Source of the DNA: a virus
IMG/VR virus record: IMGVR_UViG_3300045988_057449
Location: 1 to 44,248 of that record
DNA: 44,248 nt
Reading direction: 5' to 3' (one strand)
Shown: in pieces, positions 9,357-16,012 of the stretch
Numbering within the stretch: the stretch's first letter is position 1
Layout: every line of letters starts with the position of its first letter
The notes under the pieces: model-generated
Seen by the model: only the letters and a program-made list of their open reading frames with translations
What the model was told of the DNA's origin: nothing
Databases searched by the model: none
Position numbers and translations under genes: made by a program

Positions 9357-9736
9357 TTATCAAGTGGTTTTCCACACTCGAAAATGTCTTTCGGTAACAT
9401 CGCCGATTGTGCATTGCGATAGGCTTTTACCGTAATATGCGGTATCATGTAGATACGGTTTTCGAGTTTTAGAGCAAACCAACCTTCTCCGTTGTAGCAA
9501 TCCCGCCACAACTCCATCGAAAGGTCTTGATTTTCCTCCATACGAGATAGGTCAAAGCCTTTGCGGGTCGAGCATACTTTGCAGTCGATCAAATACGCTC
9601 TCTTGTTTTTAACCGCAATGATGTCGGCGGGTTGACCGTCCTGATTTTGAGCGAAATTGTGGCACCAGTAGCCCTGTTCGGAGAGCATTTCGCACAACTC
9701 CTTTTCAAAATCGTTACCAAGTTTCTTATTCGTCAT
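9335..9736 (-). CDS. Holliday-junction resolvase (Hjc/RecU-like PD-(D/E)XK)
   Basis: GQPADIIAVKNKRAYLIDCK has the D...(D/E)xK arrangement. Small size and replication-module context. Confidence 0.55.
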   Translation of the reverse strand: MTNKKLGNDFEKELCEMLSEQGYWCHNFAQNQDGQPADIIAVKNKRAYLIDCKVCSTRKGFDLSRMEENQDLSMELWRDCYNGEGWFALKLENRIYMIPHITVKAYRNAQSAMLPKDIFECGKPLDKWIKLCR

Positions 9737-10277
9737 CTTCGTCAGCCCCTACGAGATGCGCCTGACGGCGCAATTTCAGATTCTCGGATGAGAAAAGACA
9801 AGCCGGGGCAACCCCGAGACTGTTGTACGCAAGGCTGATGCTGACAACGCCTGTCGTATAGACAAAGCGCACACCGTACGAACTCGAGGGGTTGCAAGTC
9901 CACGGAGTAAGTGTCCACATCCATTCCTCGAAAAGAGGGACAATTTCACGATACTTACGGTACTGATCGCAAGAGAGAATCGTTACATAGTCCTCGCTCG
10001 TGCCATACGCCTTATCTCCGTTATCTGCAATCAGGTCAGAGGTCTGCTTAATAAGGTGTCTCCTGTCGAGAAGGTCAAGGAAGTCATTGTTCAGAACACG
10101 GCGCAATGAGGATTTACGCCAATCGTTCTTTCCGTCAGTATCAAACGGGATTTCTGTATAGGGCTTAGCAGTCATTGCGAGATAGTTGCCGCCGATAATA
10201 TCAAGGCAGATAAATTCGATTCCGTTATAGATAAAGTGTTCACCCGGATTAAGGGCTTCGTTGTTAAATTTAGACAT
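9726..10277 (-). CDS. DGR target protein 2 (DUF6273-like, C-type-lectin-like variable C-terminus) in the early operon
   Basis: NDWRKSSLRRVLNNDF and ILSCDQ...MWTLTPW framework. The C-terminal NPSSSYGVRFVYTTGVVSISLAYNSLGVAPAC is encoded by VR2. GGAGG lies 8 nt upstream of ATG 10277. Confidence 0.8.
   Translation of the reverse strand: MSKFNNEALNPGEHFIYNGIEFICLDIIGGNYLAMTAKPYTEIPFDTDGKNDWRKSSLRRVLNNDFLDLLDRRHLIKQTSDLIADNGDKAYGTSEDYVTILSCDQYRKYREIVPLFEEWMWTLTPWTCNPSSSYGVRFVYTTGVVSISLAYNSLGVAPACLFSSENLKLRRQAHLVGADEDDE
9758..9771 (-). promoter_or_regulatory. GC hairpin with 4-nt loop 3' of VR2 (candidate DGR target-recognition hairpin)
   Basis: gcgcc-tgac-ggcgc lies 26 nt from the VR2/TR homology boundary (31 nt from the GC block). 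It has the same TGAC loop as the hairpin beside VR1. Confidence 0.5.
9798..9894 (-). repeat. DGR variable repeat 2 (VR2)
   Basis: Gap-free alignment to TR 17225-17321. All 17 mismatches in the 92 positions 9803-9894 are at + strand T (coding-sense A) of the TR. Confidence 0.9.
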
Positions 10278-10429
10278 TAAAATTTCCTCCTAATTCTGTG
10301 CATATCGTTATAGATACGCTCTTTTTCTTTAAGCTCGTCCCATTCCTTTTTCCACGACTTGTACCGTTCACATTTTGAGTGGCAGCCGGGGTAACGGTCG
10401 GGACAGTCTTTACATGGATTCTTCATCAT
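10277..10429 (-). CDS. Small Cys-rich protein (50 aa)
   Basis: MMKNPCKDCPDRYPGCHSKCERYKSWKKEW.... I trimmed the start to ATG 10429 because the longer ORF overlaps the upstream gene. Confidence 0.4.
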   Translation of the reverse strand: MMKNPCKDCPDRYPGCHSKCERYKSWKKEWDELKEKERIYNDMHRIRRKF

Positions 10430-10562
10430 AGTTGTAGTCCGGCTTGTCATTGAAACAGGAAGTGTAGCAGTTTTCACACCAAAGTTCTTCTTCCACTTCG
10501 TGTATCGGCTCTGCCGAGAGGATTTCTTTTCCGCAATTCCAACACAGGCATTTCACTTCCAT
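10410..10562 (-). CDS. Small zinc-ribbon-like protein (50 aa)
   Basis: Translated by hand as MEVKCLCWNCGKEILSAEPIHEVEEELWCENCYTSCFNDKPDYNYDEESM, with two CxxC pairs. AAAGGAAG ribosome-binding site. Below the ORF-track cut-off. Confidence 0.4.
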   Translation of the reverse strand: MEVKCLCWNCGKEILSAEPIHEVEEELWCENCYTSCFNDKPDYNYDEESM

Positions 10563-10590
10563 TGACTTTCTTCCTTTCTTTTGCTATAAT
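10562..10590 (+). promoter_or_regulatory. Near-consensus sigma-70-type promoter, antisense to the early operon
   Basis: TTGACT, a 17-nt spacer, then TATAAT (10562-10567 and 10585-10590). Confidence 0.5.
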
Positions 10591-10596
10591 AAAGTT

Positions 10597-10652
10597 GAGG
10601 TTTTACCTTTGCCGCTTTGTGAAGTGCGAGTTCACGGGCGGCTTTATTTTTT
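10597..10652 (+). ncRNA. Candidate ~55-nt antisense small RNA (promoter-to-terminator unit)
   Basis: The predicted start is about 7 nt after the -10 box. The compound hairpin GCCGC...GTGAA-gtgcgag-TTCAC...GCGGC (10611-10642) is followed by tttatttttt. The T-run is on the + strand only. Confidence 0.3.
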
Positions 10653-11309
10653 GTAGTTCTCATAAGCCGTTATTACCTTTTCGGTATATGAGGTCGAATA
10701 GACACCCTGTTCCCACAGCCTTTTTGCTCCCGTTGCCCCACAGTTGTATCGCATAAGAGCCAAAGAGATGTCTCCGTCTGTGGCTTCAAGATGAGAGGAA
10801 ATGATATAAACTCCTGCAAGAATGTTTTGTTTCGGGTCAAGAAGATTGACAATATCAAGTTCCTCACAGAGCCATTCGTGATTACAGATATTGATCTGCA
10901 TCAGTCCGTAATCGTCTGTTGCGCTAATAACATCTGCACGGAAACCGCTTTCGACTTCGATCATTCCATAAACGAGTTCGCAAGGAACATCGTATGTATT
11001 ACACACGGAGAAGATATAGTCTTGCAATTCTTTTGAAAGCGGAACATCGAAGTATCTAACCGTTGGCTCTGAACTTTCTTCGGGTTTACACATTACAGAA
11101 ACAGACGAAGATATACCTTCTGTTGTCGGGCTAACTGTCTGTGGCACAGCGGTCATCCTTGTCCCGTCTGCAATGTCAATCGCCTTTGAGTTGAATGTGA
11201 GTGCGCCGACCAATAGTCCTAAGAGAAAACTGAAAACGATTATTCCTCCTAACACTAAATATCCGGCGTGTTTTCTTATCCACCTCTTTCTTGTTCGTTT
11301 TCGTTGCAA
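10644..11309 (-). CDS. Membrane-anchored lytic transglycosylase (SLT domain)
   Basis: N-terminal TM segment YLVLGGIIVFSFLLGLLVGAL. SLT catalytic block MIEVESGF...YGLMQIN. The start is a TTG with AAGGAAGTG upstream. Confidence 0.75.
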   Translation of the reverse strand: MQRKRTRKRWIRKHAGYLVLGGIIVFSFLLGLLVGALTFNSKAIDIADGTRMTAVPQTVSPTTEGISSSVSVMCKPEESSEPTVRYFDVPLSKELQDYIFSVCNTYDVPCELVYGMIEVESGFRADVISATDDYGLMQINICNHEWLCEELDIVNLLDPKQNILAGVYIISSHLEATDGDISLALMRYNCGATGAKRLWEQGVYSTSYTEKVITAYENYKK

Positions 11310-11446
11310 CGAATTTCACTTCCTTTCTTCCATTGGTAGGGTCTGCCGTACTTTTGGAGATACCATTCCTCAAATTCCTTACGATGCTCCCTGTCAGCGT
11401 AGTATCTTCGGACTCGTCTCCGTAGTTCCCGGCAAAAACTATTCAT
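11276..11446 (-). CDS. Small Arg-rich hypothetical protein (56 aa)
   Basis: ATG 11446 has GGAG 7 nt upstream. It is embedded in the stop region of the Cro-like gene, which suggests translational coupling. Confidence 0.35.
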   Translation of the reverse strand: MNSFCRELRRRVRRYYADREHRKEFEEWYLQKYGRPYQWKKGSEIRCNENEQERGG

Positions 11447-11663
11447 TCTTTTCTCCGTGTCCATTTCGGTACTCGTCAAGGATTTCAACCGAGGTTTGAA
11501 GCATCATGTCAGCCTTGTAACCGTGGCGAGTACCACTAAGCACTGAGGACATCTCAGTTTTGTCGGTGATGATCCCACGATTACGCAGTTCGTTAATAAG
11601 CCAAACCTGTGTTAGACCGCACTCTGCGAGAGCAACACGAATCTTACGACCTTCCTTAAACAT
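11439..11663 (-). CDS. Cro-like HTH regulator (74 aa)
   Basis: IRVALAECGLTQVWLINEL helix-turn-helix. GAGGAGGG ribosome-binding site before ATG 11663. First gene of the leftward operon, divergent from the repressor. Confidence 0.6.
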   Translation of the reverse strand: MFKEGRKIRVALAECGLTQVWLINELRNRGIITDKTEMSSVLSGTRHGYKADMMLQTSVEILDEYRNGHGEKNE

Positions 11664-11700
11664 TTTTTCCCTCCTCTCGATTTGAGTTACTGTAAACAAG

Positions 11701-11729
11701 TTGACAAGAGCGTTCTCTTATGCTATAAT
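11701..11729 (+). promoter_or_regulatory. Consensus promoter directed toward the repressor/integrase genes
   Basis: TTGACA, 17-nt spacer, TATAAT. The spacer contains the palindrome AAGAG-cgtt-CTCTT (11706-11719). Confidence 0.6.
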
Positions 11730-11823
11730 AAGTCCGTCACGATTACATAGCATTAGAGACTCTGAGTGTAAGATTATACTCAGGGAGGTTTCTTGCACCT
11801 TTTTTGAACAACCTGTTGTTTAT

Positions 11824-11852
11824 ATTATATCTAAGCCAACTTAGATTGTCAA
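11824..11852 (-). promoter_or_regulatory. Consensus promoter directed toward the Cro-like/early operon
   Basis: The minus strand reads TTGACA (11852-11847), 17-nt spacer, TATAAT (11829-11824). The spacer contains the palindrome TCTAAG-ccaa-CTTAGA (11830-11845). Confidence 0.6.
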
Positions 11853-11921
11853 GAGGTTTTTCAAAGATTTCTAAGAAAATTTTGTAAAAAATCTAAGTAT
11901 ACTTATTTCGGAGGTATCATC

Positions 11922-12323
11922 ATGACATTCTATGAACGGTTTGAAACGCTTTGCAAGGATAAAGGTTTACGCCCCCAATCTGACGAGATTATCGAAATGA
12001 CGGGCGTTTCGTCTCCCGCAATTTCGGGTTGGAAAAAGGGATCATCACCCAAAGCGGACGCATTAGTTCGTATCGCTACATATTTTGGGGTATCGGTTGA
12101 CTATCTCCTCGGAATTGAAAATCAAAATGAAGTTCTAATTAATAGAGCTGACTTGATCTTAGAAGCAAATAATAACTCTATCTCAGAACAAGAAAAAACC
12201 CTCCTCGCTATGTTCAGATCGACAAGCGAAGAGGGAAGATTGAGAATAATTCAAGCAGTTATGAACATCCATGACGAGATAGAAAAAAAGCCTACAACAT
12301 CAGTTGAGAGTGTTGTTGGCTGA
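11922..12323 (+). CDS. XRE-family HTH repressor (CI-like)
   Basis: IIEMTGVSSPAISGWKKGSSPKADALVRIATYFGVSVDYLLG. GGAGG ribosome-binding site. Sits upstream of the integrase. Confidence 0.8.
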   Translation: MTFYERFETLCKDKGLRPQSDEIIEMTGVSSPAISGWKKGSSPKADALVRIATYFGVSVDYLLGIENQNEVLINRADLILEANNNSISEQEKTLLAMFRSTSEEGRLRIIQAVMNIHDEIEKKPTTSVESVVG

Positions 12324-12386
12324 TTGCGGGAAGATTATCCCGTATGAAGCGGTATGTATTTATAGGCGATTAAAGGAGTTAGAATA

Positions 12387-13943
12387 ATGGATGTAGTGCT
12401 TTATATGAGGTACAGTAGTGACCGTCAAACAGAACAGTCCATAGAGGGGCAGCAGAGGGTTTGTATGGAGTTTTGTAAGCGGTCAGGGTACAATGTAGTG
12501 GGTAAGTATGTTGACCGTGCTACATCGGCTTTCAAGGACACAGAAAAGCGTGCAGAGTTCAATAGGATGATTAAAGACAGCGATAAGCAAATGTGGCAAG
12601 GTGTCGTTGTCTATAAACTCGACCGCTTTGCCCGAAACAGGTATGATTCTGCTACCTATAAGGCTCGACTGAAAAAGAATGGTATAAAGGTCATATCTGC
12701 CACGGAGAACATTTCCGACAACCCGGAGGGCGTTATCCTTGAAGCAGTTCTCGAAGGTATGGCAGAGTTCTATTCTAAGGAATTGTCTCAAAAGATAAGT
12801 CGAGGTATGAGAGAATCCGCTTATAAATGTCATAGTATCGGCGGTCACATTCCGTTGGGGTATAAGATAGTAGAAAAGAAGCTCGTTATAGACGAGCCTA
12901 ATGCACAGATTGTTCGAGAAGCGTTTGACCTTTACGCAAATGGGGCAACCGTAGCCGAGATTTGCGAGAAGTTTAATAACCAAGGTTATCGTACCGCCAA
13001 AGGAGCAAAATTCAACAAAAACTCCTTTAAGTCAATGTTCCGAAATGAAAAATATGTCGGCGTATATACCTACAAGGAAATACGCATAGAGGACGGAGTT
13101 CCCGCCATTGTAGATAAGAACACCTTTGACATTGTGCAGAAACGGCTTAAAAAGAACGGAGAAGCCCCGTCAAGGGGCAAGGCAAAGGTAGATTATATCC
13201 TTGCCCAAAAACTGTTCTGCGGGCATTGTGGTGCTACCATGGTAGGTGATAGCGGCACAAGTCGTACAGGGGAAGTTCACAACTATTATACTTGTAGCAA
13301 CCGAAAGAGATTTCATTCCTGCGATAAGAAGTCTATTCGGAAAGAAGTAATCGAAAGAATAGTCGCAGAGGATGCCTTTGCATTGTTCACCCCCGAAAGA
13401 ATTGAATGGATAGCGGATATGGCTATCAAGGGGAATCAAGAGGACTTAGAAAATGATGAGGTAATTCCTGCACTCCGAGCTGAAATAAAAGAACTTGATA
13501 AGGGTATATCCAATCTGTTGAAGTTGGTTGAACGGGGCGCAGAATCCGATACGCTTGCCACAAGACTTACTGATTTAGAAAAACAGAAGCGAGATGCCGA
13601 GCGTAGGTTAATGGTTGCGGAGGACGATTACATCATATTAGACAGAGACCTCATTATCCGTTGGTTGTCCCAATTCTTAGACGGAGATATTGAGGACGAA
13701 GAGTTCCGTAGACAGATTATAGACCTTCTTGTAAATTCCGTAACTGTGTGGGACGAGCCTGACGGCTATTATAAGGTTACGGCAGTTTATAACCTTACTG
13801 ACGAACGAACAAAGTCTTTTCGGATAAAGGTAGAAGAGCGTTCGGATTTGAGGAGTCAACTTCCACCATTGGAGTATAATCCGAACTACTTATTCTTTCA
13901 CGGAATAGTGTTTGGATGTACAACAAAACACCGAGTAGAGTGA
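12387..13943 (+). CDS. int: Large serine recombinase (phage integrase)
   Basis: Catalytic block LYMRYSSDRQ and YKLDRFARN. Recombinase domain, zinc ribbon CGHCG...YYTCSNRKRFHSC and a C-terminal coiled coil. Confidence 0.9.
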   Translation: MDVVLYMRYSSDRQTEQSIEGQQRVCMEFCKRSGYNVVGKYVDRATSAFKDTEKRAEFNRMIKDSDKQMWQGVVVYKLDRFARNRYDSATYKARLKKNGIKVISATENISDNPEGVILEAVLEGMAEFYSKELSQKISRGMRESAYKCHSIGGHIPLGYKIVEKKLVIDEPNAQIVREAFDLYANGATVAEICEKFNNQGYRTAKGAKFNKNSFKSMFRNEKYVGVYTYKEIRIEDGVPAIVDKNTFDIVQKRLKKNGEAPSRGKAKVDYILAQKLFCGHCGATMVGDSGTSRTGEVHNYYTCSNRKRFHSCDKKSIRKEVIERIVAEDAFALFTPERIEWIADMAIKGNQEDLENDEVIPALRAEIKELDKGISNLLKLVERGAESDTLATRLTDLEKQKRDAERRLMVAEDDYIILDRDLIIRWLSQFLDGDIEDEEFRRQIIDLLVNSVTVWDEPDGYYKVTAVYNLTDERTKSFRIKVEERSDLRSQLPPLEYNPNYLFFHGIVFGCTTKHRVE

Positions 13944-13969
13944 TTGGCTCTACCCGGCGTTTTGTTTTT
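13935..13969 (+). terminator. Hairpin plus T-run between the convergent integrase and holin genes
   Basis: gtagag-tgattgg-ctctac followed by cgttttgttttt. Confidence 0.5.
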
Positions 13970-13983
13970 AGGAGGACTTTATG

Positions 13984-14205
13984 TTACTCAGTCTCGTCCG
14001 TAGTCTCTTTGACTTCGGGGAGACCCGCAACCGAGGTAAGAATGGAGAGCAAACCCGCCAATACGGATGCCGAGCCGACAACTGCCCAATTAACTTCGGT
14101 CAAAAGAGCGGTCGTACCGATAGTAGCGATAGCCGTCTGCGCCATAGTTTTCAGCGCACGGACACCCGCCGCTTTGAGCCATTTCGTGAATTTTTCCTTA
14201 GTCAT
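13984..14205 (-). CDS. Holin (phi LC3/LL-H-like)
   Basis: MTKEKFTKWLKAAGVRALKTMAQTAIATIG...VVGSASVLAGLLSILTSVAG has two hydrophobic segments and an acidic tail. GGAG ribosome-binding site before ATG 14205. Directly downstream of the endolysin. Confidence 0.65.
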   Translation of the reverse strand: MTKEKFTKWLKAAGVRALKTMAQTAIATIGTTALLTEVNWAVVGSASVLAGLLSILTSVAGLPEVKETTDETE

Positions 14206-14224
14206 AATGATTCTCCTTTCAAAT

Positions 14225-15241
14225 TTAACCCTTTGTGAAAGTTCCTGCATCGACCCAACCGTAGACAGTTGCACCACTGCCGGAAACCCTTACGAGGTGA
14301 TAGGGGTGCTTGCTCTTGCCGAGCTGGTAAATCTGCGTGATTTTAGCCTTACCGCCCTTACAATTTTTTGCGGTAGAAGCATTTGCAGAAGTATAATGGG
14401 TAGTGCCGTTATAGATAACGGTGTCCCCCACGGCGGGAGTCCACGGTTTCTCTTCGGTCTGCCCCTCGATGTCGGAAGCATTGACCCAACCATACACGGT
14501 AGAGCCACCGCCGCTGACGGCTACAAGGTGATACGGGTGTGCGCCGGACTTGTTGACAACCGTAACTTTTGCCTTGCCGCCCTTACAGGTAAATCCTGCT
14601 GCTCCTGCGTAAGAAGAGCGATAGTGGGTAGTTCCCTTGAAGTTTACAATGTCTCCGACTTTCAGTTCGCCGCCCGTAGTCGGCTGAGGAGCAGGAGCGG
14701 GCTTGTCCGCTTCAAGTTTAGCATTGACCTTTGCGGCAATATCACCGTGGCGGTCATAAAGGTACTTGCCGGGGCAGGACTTGTTAGCGTAGTCCCTGTG
14801 AACGGTCATATTACAACCGTTAAGGTGATTCATACGCTCGTTTTTGTTGGTAGACCACTTGAGTTTGGCAATACCATTGCGGCGGCAAATGTCCGTCACA
14901 AGCTCAATAAGCGCATTGTACGCCTTATCTGTAACGGCATACGGCTCTTTGTTGTCGGAAGCAACCTCAATGGTGATTGCTCTCTGATCGTTGCTGTTGG
15001 AAGAGGTACACCAAGAGCGGTTTTTCTCCTCCACGCAAAGACCGATACTGCCGTCATAGCCCACAACATAGTTGCAGGATGCTTCTTTGTCTTTCGGCTG
15101 AAAGACCTCACAACCCCGCTTTGCCGTAACCTGTGCGACAAAACAATGGATAGTGATCGTGTCGATAGTGTGCGTTCTCTGCCCGGAATGATTGGGACTG
15201 AGCAGAGTAACATTTGCGAGAGAACTGTTTGTGTAAGCCAT
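14225..15241 (-). CDS. Endolysin: N-acetylmuramoyl-L-alanine amidase (Amidase_2/PGRP) with two C-terminal SH3-like wall-binding repeats
   Basis: ITIHCF...NYVVGYDG...AITIEV...HRDYANKSCPG. There are two ~68-aa repeats (VGDIVNFKGTTHY...HPYHLV.VSG.G.TVYGWV). GGAGG precedes ATG 15241. Confidence 0.85.
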   Translation of the reverse strand: MAYTNSSLANVTLLSPNHSGQRTHTIDTITIHCFVAQVTAKRGCEVFQPKDKEASCNYVVGYDGSIGLCVEEKNRSWCTSSNSNDQRAITIEVASDNKEPYAVTDKAYNALIELVTDICRRNGIAKLKWSTNKNERMNHLNGCNMTVHRDYANKSCPGKYLYDRHGDIAAKVNAKLEADKPAPAPQPTTGGELKVGDIVNFKGTTHYRSSYAGAAGFTCKGGKAKVTVVNKSGAHPYHLVAVSGGGSTVYGWVNASDIEGQTEEKPWTPAVGDTVIYNGTTHYTSANASTAKNCKGGKAKITQIYQLGKSKHPYHLVRVSGSGATVYGWVDAGTFTKG

Positions 15242-15254
15242 AATCTTTTCCTCC

Positions 15255-15536
15255 TTATGTAATGACTTTGAATTTTTTAACTTCTTCATAGACTTTATCT
15301 ATGAAGGAATTACCTTTGAGTTTTTTGTACGCTTCGTAGAGATATACGAAGTTTTCGTACTCATACTGCCTAATTTCCCCTGAGTCTTGATGCCGATAGT
15401 AAATACGCAACATTTCGCTGCGCAACAGGCATTTTGTACCGTTCATAACTTTGCTGATACTCACGATACATCCAACAAGCACTCCGAGGAGGGCGATAAT
15501 TTCGCTTGCGAGGGCAATGACCTCCGAAGCATTCAT
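15255..15536 (-). CDS. Small membrane protein, possible second holin/holin-like
   Basis: N-terminal TM segment VIALASEIIALLGVLVGCIVSI. Sits immediately upstream of the endolysin. Confidence 0.35.
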   Translation of the reverse strand: MNASEVIALASEIIALLGVLVGCIVSISKVMNGTKCLLRSEMLRIYYRHQDSGEIRQYEYENFVYLYEAYKKLKGNSFIDKVYEEVKKFKVIT

Positions 15537-16007
15537 TTACTCCACCTCATCCCATCCGTAAACTCCCGGCTGCCATACATTCGCATCGGTAGTAGACACC
15601 CAATGCTTGTTGTTATAGGAAACCTTATCGCCCTTAGCGTAGGCATCATGCGCACCGACCGGCTGAGACCATTCGGGATATTCCACCGTGGGGTCTCCAA
15701 TTTTCGTCCACAGAGAAGTAGCCGTGTCAGGTGTCCAATCACTCTGCGAAGTGTGTGCTTGTACACAACGGTACAGGTTTTCATTATAGAGACGGATCGC
15801 TCCCACCTCATAGGCAATACTCTCAACCCACGGGGAGAAGAGGGTTGCGTGTTCGGTAGCAGTCGTTTCGTCAATCGTCCCGGTTTCTGCGAGAGTGACA
15901 AAGGCGATAGCCGAAGCGGATTCTACTGAATCTTGCCGAGCGGAGAGGAGTTCAATCTTCCTGCGCTCACGGATAATCTGCTCCTTGTTGGATAAAAACT
16001 TGAACAT
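15537..16007 (-). CDS. Protein with two CBM5/12-like carbohydrate-binding repeats
   Basis: YEVGAIRLYNENLYRCVQAHTSQSDWTP and YAKGDKVSYNNKHWVSTTDANVWQP. ATG 16007 lies 5 nt after the RT stop and uses a GGAGG inside the RT 3' end. Confidence 0.5.
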   Translation of the reverse strand: MFKFLSNKEQIIRERRKIELLSARQDSVESASAIAFVTLAETGTIDETTATEHATLFSPWVESIAYEVGAIRLYNENLYRCVQAHTSQSDWTPDTATSLWTKIGDPTVEYPEWSQPVGAHDAYAKGDKVSYNNKHWVSTTDANVWQPGVYGWDEVE

Positions 16008-16012
16008 TTTTG

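Noticed and set aside
14240-14680. ~200-bp direct DNA repeat
   Set aside because: It corresponds to the duplicated SH3-like wall-binding domains of the endolysin, in frame with diverged third positions. It is not a mobile or regulatory repeat.
13916-15262. 448-aa plus-strand ORF, the longest + ORF in this region
   Set aside because: It lies entirely antisense to the well-supported holin and amidase endolysin genes. It has no ribosome-binding site, low-complexity composition and no motif. It is a shadow ORF of the minus-strand genes.
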